Below, one piece after another: positions 36,501-51,500 of a stretch of 64,000 nucleotides of DNA (positions within the stretch are counted from its first letter, which is position 1; each line of letters starts with the position of its first letter). The DNA lies in NCBI GenBank assembly GCA_039621445.1, contig CP154954.1, positions 38,301,703-38,365,702 of the forward strand, given 5' to 3'. The DNA is from Euglena gracilis. Lineage: Eukaryota. A program made the position numbers and the translations under genes. The notes beneath the pieces were generated by a model. That model did no database searches. It had not been told where the DNA came from and worked only from the letters and a program-made list of their open reading frames with translations.

Positions 36501-39500
36501 TTAAACACCCCGCAATCGCGAAATTTGGTAATTTTTTAAAGTGAAATTCGGGGGGGGGGGGGGGGGGGGGGGGGGGCGTGATTTTTTGGGGCCAGATTGC
36601 CTCAATGGCAGGAATTTGGGGGGTGCCAAAAAGTGCGACCAGCCCCCGGGACCAGGTCGGCTGGGTTCCCCACCCCCAAAAACCCCACTGTCACCGGAAC
36701 CACTGCTGTTAAAACACCCCGCAATAGCGAAATTTTGGTAATTTTTAAGTGTAATTCGGGGCGGGGGCGGGGGGTGGGGGGGGGCGTGATTTTTTGGGGC
36801 CAGATTGCCTCAATGCCAGGAATTTGGGGGGTGCCAAAAAGTGCGACCAGCCCCCGGGACCAGGTCGGCTGGGTTCCCCACCGCCAAAAACCCCACTGTC
36901 ACCGGAACCACTGCTGTTAAAACACCCCGCAATAGCGAAATTTTGGTAATTTTTAAGTGTAATTCGGGGCGGGGGCGGGGGGTGGGGGGGGGCGTGATTT
37001 TTTGGGGCCAGATTGCCTCAATGCCAGGAATTTGGGGGGTGCCAAAAAGTGCGACCAGCCCCCGGGACCAGGTCGGCTGGGTTCCCCACCCCCAAAAACC
37101 CCACTGTCACCGGAACCACTGCTGTTAAAACACCCCGCAAAAGCGAAATTTTGGCCATTTTTAAGTGTAAGGGGGGGCGGGGGGGGGGGGGGGGGGGGGG
37201 GCGTGATTTTTTGGGGCCAGATTGCCTCAATGCCAGGAATTTGGGGGGTGCCAAAAAGTGCGACCAGCCCCCGGGACCAGGTCGGCTGGGTTCCCCACCG
37301 CCAAAAACCCCACTGTCACCGGAACCACTGCTGTTAAAACACCCCGCAATAGCGAAATTTTGGTAATTTTTAAGTGTAATTCGGGGCGGGGGGGGGGGGT
37401 CGTGATTTTTTGGGGCCAGATTGCCTCAATGCCAGGAATTTGGGGGGTGCCAAAAAGTGCGACCAGCCCCCGGGACCAGGTCGGCTGGGTTCCCCGCCCC
37501 CAAAAACCCCACTGTCACCGGAACCACTGCTGTTAAAACACCCCGCAAAAGCGAAATTTTGGTAATTTTTAAGTGTAATTCGGGGCGGGGGCGGGGGGTG
37601 GGGGGGGCGTGATTTTTTGGGGCCAGATTGCCTCAATGGCAGGAATTTGGGGGGTGCCAAAAAGTGCGACCAGCCCCCGGGACCAGGTCGGCTGGGTTCC
37701 CCACCGCCAAAAACCCCACTGTCACCGGAACCACTGCTGTTAAAACACCCCGCAATAGCGAAATTTTGGCCATTTTTAAGTGTAATTCGGGGCGGGGGCG
37801 GGGGGTGGGGGGGGGCGTGATTTTTTGGGGCCAGATTGCCTCAATGCCAGGAAATTGGGGGTGCAAAAAAGTGCGACCAGCCCCCGGGACCAGGTCGGCT
37901 GGGTTCCCCGCCCCCAAAAACCCCACTGTCACCGGAACCACTGCTGTTAAAACACCCCGCAATAGCGAAATTTTGGTAATTTTTAAGTGTAATTCGGGGC
38001 GGGGGGGGGGGGGGGGGGGTTTTTTGGGGTCAGATTGCCTCAATGGCAGGAATTTGGGGGGTGCCAAAAAGTGCGACCAGCCCCCGGGACCATGTGGGCT
38101 GCGTTCCCCCCGGCAAACAACCCCACTGTCAGCGGAACCACTGCTGTTAAAACACCCCGCAATAGCGAAATTTTGGCCATTTTTGAGTGTAATTCGGGTC
38201 TGGGGGGGGCGGGGGGGTGCGCGTGATTTTTTGGGGGCAGATTGCCTCAATGCCAGGAATTTGGGGGGTGCCAAAAAGTGCGACCAGGCCCCGGGACCCA
38301 GTCGGCTGGGTTTCCCACCCCCCAAAAACCCCACTGTCACCGGAACCACTGCTGTTAAAACAGATCGCAAGAGCGAAATTTTGGTAATTTTTAAGTGTAA
38401 TTCTGGGCGGGGGAGGAGGAAAAAGATTTTTTGGGGCCAGATTGCCTCAATGCCAGGAATTTGGGGGGTGCCAAAAAGTGCGACCAGCCCCCGGGACCAG
38501 GTCAGCTAGGTTCCCCACCCCCAAAAACCCCACTGTCACCGGAACCACCGCTGGTAAAATACCCCGCAATATCGAAATTTTGGTTATTTTTAAGTGTAAT
38601 TCAGGGCGGGGGTGGGGGGGGCGTGATTTTTTGGGGCCAGATTGCCTCAATGCCAGGAATTTGGGGGGTGCCAAAAAGTGCGACCAGCCCCCCGGGACCA
38701 GGTCGGCTGGGTTCCCCACCCCCAAAAACCCCACTGTCACCGGAACCACTGCTGTTAAAACACCCCGCAATAGCGAATTTTTGTTTTTTTTTAAGTGTAA
38801 TTCGGGGCGGGGGCGGGGGGTGGGGGGGGCGTGATTTTTTGGGGCCAGATTGCCTCAATGCCAGGAATTTGGGGGGTGCCAAAAAGTGCGACCAGCCCCC
38901 CGGGACCAGGTCGGCTGGGTTCCCCACCCCCAAAAACCCCACTGTCACCGGAACCACTGCTGTTAAAACACCCCGCAATAGCGAAATTTTGGTAATTTTT
39001 AAGTGTAATTCGGGGCGGGGGCGGGGGGTGGGGGGGGGCGTGATTTTTTTGGGGCCAGATTGCCTCAATGCCAGGAATTTGGGGGGGGCCAAAAAGTGCG
39101 ACCAGCCCCCGGGACCAGGGTGTGCGGGCTTCCCCTCGCCAAAAACCCCACTGTTACCCGAACCACTGCTGTTAAAACACCCCGCAATAGCGAAATTTTG
39201 GTAATTTTTAAGTGTAATTCGGGGCGGGGGCGGGGGGTCGTGATTTTTTGGGGCCAGATTGCCTCAATGCCAGGAATTTGGGGGGTGCCAAAAAGTGCGA
39301 CCAGCCCCCGGGACCAGGTCGGCTGGGTTCCCCACCCCCAAAAACCCCACTGTCACCGGAACCACTGCTGGTAAAACACCCCGCAATAGCGAAATTTTGG
39401 TAATTTTTAAGTGTAATTCGGGGCGGGGGCGGGGGGTGGGGGGGGGGCGTGATTTTTTGGGGCCAGATTGCCTCAATGCCAGGAATTTGGGGGGTGCCAA

Positions 39501-42500
39501 AAAGTGCGACCAGGCCCCCGGGACCAGGTCGGCTGGGTTCCCCACCCCCAAAAACCCCACTGTCACCGGAACCACTGCTGTTAAAACACCCCGCAATAGC
39601 GAAATTTTGGTAATTTTTAAGTGTAATTCGGGGCGGGGGCGGGGGGTGGGGGGGGGGCGTGATTTTTTGGGGCCAGATTGCCTCAATGCCAGGAATTTGG
39701 GGGGTGCCAAAAAGTGCGACCAGCCCCCGGGACCAGGTCGGCTGGGTTCCCCACCCCCAAAAACCCCACTGTCACTGAAACCACTGCTGTTAAAACACCC
39801 CGCAATAGCGAAATTTTGGTAATTTTTAAGTGTAATTCGGGGCGGGGGCGGGGGGTGGGGGGGGGGCGTGATTTTTTGGGGCCAGATTGCCTCAATGCCA
39901 GGAATTTGGGGGGTGCCAAAAAGTGCGACCAGCCCCCGGGACCAGGTCGGCTGGGTTCCCCACCCCCAAAAACCCCACTGTCACCGGAACCACTGCTGGT
40001 AAAACACCCCGCAATAGCGAAATTTTGGTAATTTTTAAGTGTAATTCGCGGGGGGGGCGGGGGGGGGGGGGGGCCAGATTGCCTCAATGCCAGGAATTTG
40101 GGGGGTGCCAAAAAGTGCGACCAGCCCCCGGGACCAGGTCGGCTGGGTTCCCCACCCCCAAAAACCCCACTGTCACCGGAACCACTGCTGTTAAAACACC
40201 CCGCAATAGCGAAATTTTGGCCATTTTTAAGTGTAATTCGGGGCGGGGGCGGGGGGTGGGGGGGGCGTGATTTTTTGGGGCCAGATTGCCTCAATGCCAG
40301 GAATTTGGGGGGTGCCAAAAAGTGCGACCAGCCCCCGGGACCAGGTCGGCTGGGTTCCCCACCGCCAAAAACCCCACTGTCACCGGAACCACTGCTGGTA
40401 AAACACCCCGCAAAAGCGAAATTTTGGCCATTTTTAAGTGTAATTCGGGGCGGGGGCGGGGGGTGGGGGGGGGCGTGATTTTTTTGGGGCCAGATTGCCT
40501 CAATGCCAGGAATTTGGGGGGTGCCAAAAAGTGCGACCAGCCCCCGGGACCAGGCCGGCTGGGTTCTTTGCCCCCAAAAACCCCACTGTCACCGGAACCA
40601 CTGCTGGTAAAACACCCCGCAAAAGCGAAATTTTGGCCATTTTTAAGTGTAATTCGGGGCGGGGGCGGGGGGTGGGGGGGGGCGTGATTTTTTTGGGGCC
40701 AGATTGCCTCAATGCCAGGAATTTGGGGGGTGCCAAAAAGTGCGACCAGGCCCCCGGGACCAGGTCGGCTGGGTTCCCCGCCCCCAAAAACCCCACTGTC
40801 ACCGGAACCACTGCTGTTAAAACACCCCGCAATAGCGAAATTTTGGTAATTTTTAAGTGTAATTCGGGGCGGGGGCGGGGGGGGGGTGGGGGGGGGGGCG
40901 TGATTTTTTGGGGCCAGATTGCCTCAATGCCAGGGATTGGGGGGTGCCAAAAAGTGCGACCAGCCCCCGGGACCAGGTCGGCTGGGTTCCCCGCCCCCAA
41001 AAACCCCACTGTCACCGGAACCACTGCTGTTAAAACACCCCGCAATAGCGAAATTTTGGCCATTTTTAAGTGTAATTCGGGGCGGGGGCGGGGGGTGGGG
41101 GGGGGCGTGATTTTTTGGGGCCAGATTGCCTCAATGCCAGGAATTTGGGGGGTGCCAAGAAGTGCGACCAGCCTCCGGGACCAGGTCGGCTGGGTTCCCC
41201 ACCCCCAAAAACCCCACTGTCACCGGAACCACTGCTGGTAAAACACACCGCTAATAGCGAAATTTTGGTTTTTTTTAAGTGTAATTCGGGCGGGGGCGGG
41301 GGGGGGGGGGGGGGTGGGGGGGGTGATTTTTTTGGGGCCAGATTGCCTCAATGGCAGGTAATTGGGGGGGTGCCAAAAAGTGCGACCAGCCCCCGGGACC
41401 AGGTCGGCTGGGTTCCCCACCCCCAAAAACCCCACTGTCACCGGAACCACTGCTGTTAAAACACCCCGCAATAGCGAAATTTTGGCCATTTTTAAGGTTA
41501 ATTCGGGGCGGGGGGGGGGGGGGGGGGGGGGGGCGTGATTTTTTGGGGCCAGATTGCCTCAATGCCAGGAATTGGGGGTGCCAAAATGTGCGACCAGCCC
41601 CCGGGACCAGGTCGGCTGGGTTCCCCACCCCCAAAAAACCCCATTGTCCCGGAACCCCACTGCTGGTAAAACACCCCGCAATAGCGAAATGTCGGCAATT
41701 TTTAAGTATAATTCGGGGCGGGGGGGGGGGGGTGGGGGGGGGGGGCCAGATTGCCTCAATGCCAGGAATTTGGGGGGTGCCAAAAAGTGCGACCAGCCCC
41801 CGGGACCAGGTCGGCTGGGTTCACCACCCCCAAAAACCCCACTGTCACCGGAACCACTGCTGGTAAAACACCCCGCAATAGCGAAATTTTGGTAATTTTT
41901 AAGTGTAATTCGGGCCGGGGGTGGTGGGGGCGTGATTTTTCGGGGCCAGATTGCCTCAATGCCAGGAAATTGGGGGGTGCCAAAAAGTGCGACCAGCCCC
42001 CGGGACCAGGTCGGCTAGGTTCCCCACCCCCAAAAACCCCACTGTCACCGGAACCACTGCTGTTAAAACACCCCGCAATAGCGAAATTTTGGCCATTTTT
42101 AAGTGTAATTCGGGGCGGGGCCGGGAAGTGGAGGAGGGGCGTGATTTTTTGGGGCCAGATTGCCTCAATGGCAGGAATTTGGGGGGTGCCAAAAAGTGCG
42201 ACCAGCCCCCGGGACCAGGTCGGCTGGGTTCCCCACCCCCAAAAACCCCACTGTCACCGGAACCACTGCTGGTAAAACACCCCGCAATAGCGAAATTTTG
42301 GCCATTTTTAAGTGTAATTCGGGGCGGGGCCGGGAAGTGGAGGGGGGGCGTGATTTTTTGGGGCCAGATTGCCTCAATGCCAGGAATTTGGGGGGTGCCA
42401 AAAAGTGCGACCAGCCCCCGGGACCAGGTCGGCTGGGTTCCCCACCCCCAAAAACCCCACTGTCACCGGAACCACTGCTGTTAAAACACCCCGCAATAGC

Positions 42501-45500
42501 GAAATTTTGGTAATTTTTAAGTGTAATTCGGGGCGGGGGCGGGGGGTGGGGGGGCGTGATTTTTTGGGGCCAGATTGCCTCAATGGCAGGTAATTGGGGG
42601 GGTGCCAAAAAGTGCGACCAGCCCCCGGGACCAGGTCGGCTGGGTTCCCCACCCCCAAAAACCCCACTGTCACCGGAACCACTGCTGTTAAAACACCCCG
42701 CAATAGCGAAATTTTGGCCATTTTTCAGTATAATTCGGGGCGGGGGCGGGGGGTGGGGGGGGGCGTGATTTTTTGGGGCCAGATTGCCTCAATGCCAGGA
42801 ATTTGGGGGGTGCCAAAAAGTGCGACCAGGCCCCCGGGACCAGGCCAGCTGGGTTCCCCGCCCCCAAAAACCCCACTGTCACCGGAACCACTGCTGGTAA
42901 AACACCCCGCAATAGCGAAATTTTGGTAATTTTTAAGTGTAATTCGGGGCGGGGGCGGGGGGTGGGGGGGCGTGATTTTTTGGGGCCAGATTGCCTCAAT
43001 GCCAGGAATTTGGGGGGTGCCAAAAAGTGCGACCAGCCCCCGGGACCAGGTCGGCTGGGTTCCCCACCGCCAAAAACCCCACTGTCACCGGAACCACTGC
43101 TGGTAAAACACCCCGCAAAAGCGAAATTTTGGTAATTTTTAAGTGTAATTCGGGGCGGGGGCGGGGGGTGGGGGGGGCGTGATTTTTTGGGGCCAGATTG
43201 CCTCAATGCCAGGAATTTGGGGGGTGCCAAAAAGTGCGACCAGCCCCCGGGACCAGGCCAGCTGGGTTCCCCGCCCCCAAAAACCCCACTGTCACCGGAA
43301 CCACTGCTGTTAAAACACCCCGCAATAGCGAAATTTTGGTAATTTTTAAGTGTAATTCGGGGCGGTGGGGTGTGGGGGTGGGTGGGGTGGGGGGGGGGGG
43401 GGCGTGGGGGGGGGGGGGGGGGGGGGGGGGGGTGGGGGGGGGGCGTGATTTTTTGGGGCCAGATTGCCTCAATGGCAGGAATTTGGGGGGTGCCAAAAAG
43501 TGCGACCAGCCCCCGGGACCAGGTCGGCTGGGTTCCCCACCGCCAAAAACCCCACTGTCACCGGAACCACTGCTGGTAAAACACCCCGCAATAGCGAAAT
43601 TTTGGTAATTTTTAAGTGTAATACGGAGCGGGGGCGGGGGGTGGGGGGGGGCGTGATTTTTTGGGGCCAGATTGCCTCAATGGCAGGAATTTGGGGGGTG
43701 CCAAAAAGTGCGACCAGCCCCCGGGACCAGGTCGGCTGGGTTCCCCACCCCCAAAAACCCCACTGTCACCGGAACCACTGCTGGTAAAACACCCCGCAAT
43801 AGCGAAATTTTGGCCATTTTTAAGTGTAATTCGGGGCGGGGCCGGGAAGTGGAGGAGGGGCGTGATTTTTTGGGGCCAGATTGCCTCAATGGCAGGAATT
43901 TGGGGGGTGCCAAAAAGTGCGACCAGCCCCCGGGACCAGGTCGGCTGGGTTCCCCACCCCCAAAAACCCCACTGTCACCGGAACCACTGCTGGTAAAACA
44001 CCCCGCAATAGCAAAATTTTGGCCATTTTTAAGTGTAATTCGGGGCGGGGCCGGGAAGTGGAGGGGGGGCGTGATTTTTTGGGGCCAGATTGCCTCAATG
44101 CCAGGAAATTGGGGGGTGCCAAAAAGTGCGACCAGGCCCCCAGGAGCAGGTCGGCTGGGTTCCCCACCCCCAAAAATCCCACTGTCACCGGAACCACTGC
44201 TGGTAAAGCACCCCGCAATAGCGAAATTTTGGTTATTTTTAAGCGTAATTCGGGGGGGGGGGGGGGGGGGCGTGATTTTTTGGGGCCAGATTGCCTCAAT
44301 GCCAGGAATTTGGGGGGTGCCAAAAAGTGCGACCAGCCCCCGGGACCAGGTCGGCTGGGTTCCCCACCCCCAACCCCACTGTCACCGGAACCACTGCTGG
44401 TAAAACACCCCGCAATAGCGAAATTTTGGTAATTTTTAAGTGTAATTCGGGGCGGGGGCGGGGGGTGGGGGGGGGCGTGATTTTTTGGGGCCAGATTGCC
44501 TCAATGCCAGGAATTTGGGGGGTGCCAAAAAGTGCGACCAGCCCCCGGGACCAGGTCGGCTGGGTTCCCCACCCCCAAAAACCCCACTGTCACCGGAACC
44601 ACTGCTGGTAAAACACCCCGCAATAGCGAAATTTTGGTAATTTTTAAGTGTAATTTGGGGCGGGGGCGGGGGGTGGAGGGGGCGTGATTTTTTGGGGCCA
44701 GATTGCCTCAATGCCAGGAATTTGGGGGGTGCCAAAAAGTGCGACCAGCCCCCGGGACCAGGTCGGCTGGGTTCCCCGCCCCCAAAAACCCCACTGTCAC
44801 CGGAACCACTGCTGGTAAAACACCCCGCAATAGCGAAATTTTGGTAATTTTTAAGTGTAATTCGGGGCGGGGGCGGGGGGTGGGGGGGGGCGTGATTTTT
44901 TGGGGCCAGATTCCCTCAATGCCAGGAATTTGGGGGGTGCCAAAAAGTGCGACCAGCCCCCGGGACCAGGTCGGCTGGGTTCCCCGCCCCCAAAAACCCC
45001 ACTGTCACCGGAACCACTGCTGGTAAAACACCCCGCAATAGCGAAATTTTGGTAATTTTTAAGTGTAATTCGGGGCGGGGGCGGGGGTGGGGGGGGGCGT
45101 GATTTTTTGGGGCCAGATTGCCTCAATGGCAGGAATTTGGGGGGTGCCAAAAGGTGCGACCAGCCCCCGGGACCAGGTCGGCTGGGTTCCCCGCCCCCAA
45201 AAACCCCACTGTCACCGGAACCACTGCTGGTAAAACACCCCGCAATAGCGAAATTTTAGTAGTTTTTAAGTGTAATTCGGGGCGGGGGGGGGGGGGGGCG
45301 TGATTTTTGGGGGCCAGATTGCCTCAATGCCAGGAATTTGGGGGGTGCCAAAAGGTGCGACCAGCCCCCGGGACCAGGTCGGCTGGGTTCCCCGCCCCCA
45401 AAAACCCCACTGTCACCGGAACCACTGCTGTTAAAACACCCCGCAATAGCGAAATTTTGGTAATTTTTAAGTGTAATTCGGGGCGGGGGGTGGGGGGGGG

Positions 45501-48500
45501 CGTGATTTTTTGGGGCCAGATTGCCTCAATGGCAGGAATTTGGGGGGTGCCAAAAGTGCGACCAGCCCCCGGGACCAGGTCGGCTGGGTTCCCCGCCCCC
45601 AAAAACCCCACTGTCACCGGAACCACTGCTGTTAAAACACCCCGCAATAGCGAAATTTTGGCCATTTTTAAGTGTAATTCGGGGCGGGGGCGGGGGGTGG
45701 GGGGGGGGGCGTGATTTTTTGGGGCCAGATTGCCTCAATGCCAGGAATTTGGGGGGTGCCAAAAAGTGCGACCAGGCCCCCGGGACCAGGCCAGCTGGGT
45801 TCCCCGCCCCCAAAAACCCCACTGTCACCGGAACCACTGCTGTTAAAACACCCCGCAATAGCGAAATTTTGGTAATTTTTAAGTGTATTTCAGGGCGGGG
45901 GACAGGATGGGGGGGGGGCGTGATTTTTTGGGGCCAGATTGCCTCACTGCCAGGAATTTGGGGGGTGCCAAAAAGTGCGACCAGCCCCCGGGACCAGGTC
46001 GGCTGGGTTCCCCACCGCCAAAAACCCCACTGTCACCGGAACCACTGCTGGTAAAACACCCCGCAAAAGCGAAATTTTGGTAATTTTTAAGTGTAATTCG
46101 GGGCGGGGGCGGGGGGTGGGGGGGCGTGATTTTTTGGGGCCAGATTGCCTCAATGCCAGGAATTTGGGGGGTGCCAAAAAGTGCGACCAGCCCCCGGGAC
46201 CAGGCCAGCTGGGTTCCCCGCCCCCAAAAACCCCACTGTCACCGGAACCACTGCTGTTAAAACACCCCAAAAGCGAAATTTTGGTAATTTTTAAGTGTAA
46301 TTCGGGGCGGGGGCGGGGGGTGGGGGGGCGTGATTTTTTGGGGCCAGATTGCCTCAATGCCAGGAATTTGGGGGGTGCCAAAAAGTGCGACCAGCCCCCG
46401 GGACCAGGCCAGCTGGGTTCCCCGCCCCCAAAAACCCCACTGTCACCGGAACCACTGCTGGTAAAACACCCCGCAATAGCGAAATTTTGGTAATTTTTAA
46501 GTGTAATACGGAGCGGGGGCGGGGGGTGGGGGGGGGCGTGATTTTTTGGGGCCAGATTGCCTCAATGGCAGGAATTTGGGGGGTGCCAAAAAGTGCGACC
46601 AGCCCCCGGGACCAGGTCGGCTGGGTTCCCCACCCCCAAAAACCCCACTGTCACCGGAACCACTGCTGGTAAAACACCCCGCAATAGCAAAATTTTGGCC
46701 ATTTTTAAGTGTAATTCGGGGCGGGGCCGGGAAGTGGAGGGGGGGCGTGATTTTTTGGGGCCAGATTGCCTCAATGCCAGGAATTTGGGGGGTGCCAAAA
46801 AGTGCGACCAGCCCCCGGGAGCAGGTCGGCTGGGTTCCCCACCCCCAAAAATCCCACTGTCACCGGAACCACTGCTGGTAAAGCACCCCGCAATAGCGAA
46901 ATTTTGGTTATTTTTAAGCGTAATTCGGGGCGGGGGCGGGGGGTGGAGGGGGCGTGATTTTTTGGGGCCAGATTGCCTCAATGCCAGGAATTTGGGGGGT
47001 GCCAAAAAGTGCGACCAGCCCCCGGGACCAGGTCGGCTGGGTTCCCCACCCCCAAAAACCCCACTGTCACCGGAACCACTGCTGGTAAAACACCCCGCAA
47101 TAGCGAAATTTTGGTAATATCTAAGTGTAATTCGGGGCGGGGGCGGGGGGTGGAGGGGGCGTGATTTTTCGGGGCCAGATTGCCTCAATGCCAGGAATTT
47201 GGGGGGTGCCAAAAAGTGCGACCAGCCCCCGGGACCAGGTCGGCTGGGTTCCCCACCCCCAAAAACCCCACTGTCACCGGAACCACTGCTGGTAAAACAC
47301 CCCGCAATAGCGAAATTTTGGTAATATCTAAGTGTAATTCGGGGCGGGGGCGGGGGGTGGAGGGGGCGTGATTTTTCGGGGCCAGATTGCCTCAATGCCA
47401 GGAATTTGGGGGGTGCCAAAAAGTGCGACCAGCCCCCGGGACCAGGTCGGCTGGGTTCCCCGCCCCCAAAAACCCCACTGTCACCGGAACCACTGCTGGT
47501 AAAACACCCCGCAATAGCGAAATTTTGGTTATTTTTAAGTGTAATTCGGGGCGGGGGCGGGGGGTGGAGGGGGCGTGATTTTTTGGGGCCAGATTGCCTC
47601 AATGCCAGGAATTTGGGGGGTGCCAAAAAGTGCGACCAGCCCCCGGGACCAGGTCGGCTGGGTTCCCCACCCCCAACCCCACTGTCACCGGAACCACTGC
47701 TGGTAAAACACCCCGCAATAGCGAAATTTTGGTAATATCTAAGTGTAATTCGGGGCGGGGGCGGGGGGTGGAGGGGGCGTGATTTTTCGGGGCCAGATTG
47801 CCTCAATGCCAGGAATTTGGGGGGTGCCAAAAAGTGCGACCAGCCCCCGGGACCAGGTCGGCTGGGTTCCCCGCCCCCAAAAACCCCACTGTCACCGGAA
47901 CCACTGCTGGTAAAACACCCCGCAATAGCGAAATTTTGGTAATTTTTAAGTGTAATTCGGGGCGGGGGCGGGGGGTGGGGGGGGCGTGATTTTTTGGGGC
48001 CAGATTGCCTCAATGCCAGGAATTTGGGGGGTGCCAAAAAGTGCGACCAGCCCCCGGGACCAGGTCGGCTGGGTTCCCCACCCCCAACCCCACTGTCACC
48101 GGAACCACTGCTGGTAAAACACCCCGCAATAGCGAAATTTTGGTAATTTTTAAGTGTAATTCGGGGCGGGGGCGGGGGGTGGAGGGGGCGTGATTTTTCG
48201 GGGCCAGATTGCCTCAATGCCAGGAATTTGGGGGGTGCCAAAAAGTGCGACCAGCCCCCGGGACCAGGTCGGCTGGGTTCCCCGCCCCCAAAAACCCCAC
48301 TGTCACCGGAACCACTGCTGGTAAAACACCCCGCAATAGCGAAATTTTGGTTATTTTTAAGTGTAATTCGGGGCGGGGGCGGGGGGGCGGGATGTTTTGG
48401 GGTCAGATTGCCTCAATGCCAGCAAGTTGGTGGGTGCCAAAAAGTGCGACCAGCCCCCAGGACCAGGTCGGCTGGGTTCCCCACCCCCAAAAACCCCACT

Positions 48501-51500
48501 GTCACCGGAACCACTGCTGGTAAAACACCCCGCAATAGCGAAATTTTGGTAATATCTAAGTGTAATTCGGGGCGGGGGCGGGGGGTGGAGGGGGCGTGAT
48601 TTTTCGGGGCCAGATTGCCTCAATGCCAGGAATTTGGGGGGTGCCAAAAAGTGCGACCAGCCCCCGGGACCAGGTCGGCTGGGTTCCCCGCCCCCAAAAA
48701 CCCCACTGTCACCGGAACCACTGCTGGTAAAACACCCCGCAATAGCGAAATTTTGGTAATTTTTAAGTGTAATTCGGGGCGGGGGCTGGGGGGGGGCGTG
48801 ATTTTTTGGGGCCAGATTCCCTCAATGCCAGGAATTTGGGGGGTGCCAAAAAGTGCGACCAGCCCCCGGGACCAGGTCGGCTGGGTTCCCCACCCCCAAA
48901 AACCCCACTGTCACCGGAACCACTGCTGGTAAAACACCCCGCAATAGCGAAATTTTGGCCATTTTTAAGTGTAATTCGGGGCGGGGGCGGGGGTGGGGGG
49001 GGGCGTGATTTTTTGGGGCCAGATTGCCTCAATGCCAGGAAATTGGGGGGTGCCAAAAAGTGCGACCAGCCCCCGGGACCAGGTCGGCTGGGTTCCCCGC
49101 CCCCAAAAACCCCACTGTCACCGGAACCACTGCTGGTAAAACACCCCACAATAGTGAAATTTTGGTAATTTTTAAGTGTAATTCGGGGCGGGGGTTGGGG
49201 GGGGGCGTGATTTTTTGGGGCCAGATTGCCTCAATGGCAGGAATTTGGGGGGTGCCAAAAGGTGCGACCAGCCCCCGGGACCAGGTCGGCTGGGTTCCCC
49301 GCCCCCAAAAACCCCACTGTCACCGGAACCACTGCTGGTAAAACACCCCGCAATAGCGAAATTTTAGTAGTTTTTAAGTGTAATTCGGGGCGGGTGGGGG
49401 GGGCGTGATTTTTGGGGGCCAGATTGCCTCAATGCCAGGAATTTGGGGGGTGCCAAAAGGTGCGACCAGCCCCCGGGACCAGGTCGGCTGGGTTCCCCGC
49501 CCCCAAAAACCCCACTGTCACCGGAACCACTGCTGTTAAAACACCCCGCAATAGCGAAATTTTGGTAATTTTTAAGTGTAATTCGGGGCGGGGGGTGGGG
49601 GGGGGCGTGATTTTTTGGGGCCAGATTGCCTCAATGGCAGGAATTTGGGGGGTGCCAAAAAGTGCGACCAGCCCCCGGGACCAGGTCGGCTGGGTTCCCC
49701 GCCCCCAAAAACCCCACTGTCACCGGAACCACTGCTGTTAAAACACCCCGCAATAGCGAAATTTTGGCCATTTTTAAGTGTAATTCGGGGCGGGGGCGGG
49801 GGGTGGGGGGGGGCGTGATTTTTTGGGGCCAGATTGCCTCAATGCCAGGAATTTGGGGGGTGCCAAAAAGTGCGACCAGGCCCCCGGGACCAGGCCAGCT
49901 GGGTTCCCCACCCCCAAAAACCCCACTGTCACCGGAACCACTGCTGTTAAAACACCCCGCAATAGCGAAATTTTGGTAATTTTTAAGTGTAATTCGGGGC
50001 GGGGGCGGGGGGTGGGGGGGCGTGATTTTTTGGGGCCAGATTGCCTCAATGCCAGGAATTTGGGGGGTGCCAAAAAGTGCGACCAGCCCCCGGGACCAGG
50101 TCGGCTGGGTTCCCCACCGCCAAAAACCCCACTGTCACCGGAACCACTGCTGGTAAAACACCCCGCAAAAGCGAAATTTTGGTAATTTTTAAGTGTAATT
50201 CGGGGCGGGGGCGTGGGGTGGGGGGGCGTGATTTTTTGGGGCCAGATTGCCTCAATGCCAGGAATTTGGGGGGTGCCAAAAAGTGCGACCAGCCCCCGGG
50301 ACCAGGTCGGCTGGGTTCCCCGCCCCCAAAAACCCCACTGTCACCGGAACCACTGCTGTTAAAACACCCCGCAATAGCGAAATTTTGGTAATTTTTAAGT
50401 GTAATTCGGGGCGGGGGCGGGGGGTGGGGGGGGCGTGATTTTTTTGGGGCCAGATTGCCTCAATGCCAGGAATTTGGGGGGTGCCAAAAAGTGCGACCAG
50501 CCCCCGGGACCAGGTCGGCTGGGTTCCCCACCGCCAAAAACCCCACTGTCACCGGAACCACTGCTGGTAAAACACCCCGCAATAGCGAAATTTTGGTAAT
50601 TTTTAAGTGTAATTCGGGGCGGGGGCGGGGGGTGGGGGGGGCGTGATTTTTTGGGGCCAGATTGCCTCAATGCCAGGAATTTGGGGGTGCCAAAAAGTGC
50701 GACCAGCCCCCGGGACCAGGTCGGCTGGGTTCCCCACCCCCAAAAACCCCACTGTCACCGGAACCACTGCTGGTAAAACACCCCGCAATAGCGAAATTTT
50801 GGTTATTTTTAAGTGTAATTCGGGGCGGGGGCGGGGGGTGGAGGGGGCGTGATTTTTTGGGGCCAGATTGCCTCAATGCCAGGAATTTGGGGGGTGCCAA
50901 AAAGTGCGACCAGCCCCCAGGACCAGGTCGGCTGGGTTCCCCACCCCCAAAAACCCCACTGTCACCGGAACCACTGCTGGTAAAACACCCCGCAATAGCG
51001 AAATTTTGGCCATTTTTAAGTGTAATTCGGGGCGGGGGCGGGGGGTGGAGGGGGCGTGATTTTTTGGGGCCAGATTGCCTCAATGCCAGGAATTTGGGGG
51101 GTGCCAAAAAGTGCGACCAGCCCCCAGGACCAGGTCGGCTGGGTTCCCCACCCCCAAAAACCCCACTGTCACCGGAACCACTGCTGGTAAAACACCCCGC
51201 AATAGCGAAATTTTGGTAATTTTTAAGTGTAATTCGGGGCGGGGGCGGGGGGTGGGGGGGCGTGATTTTTTGGGGCCAGATTGCCTCAATGCCAGGAATT
51301 TGGGGGGTGCCAAAAAGTGCGACCAGCCCCCGGGACCAGGTCGGCTGGGTTCCCCACCCCCAAAAACCCCACTGTCACCGGAACCACTGCTGGTAAAACA
51401 CCCCGCAATAGCGAAATTTTGGTAATTTTTAAGTGTAATTCGGGGCGGGGGCGGGGGGTGGGGGGGGAGTTGGGGGGGGTGTGATTTTTTGGGGCCAGAT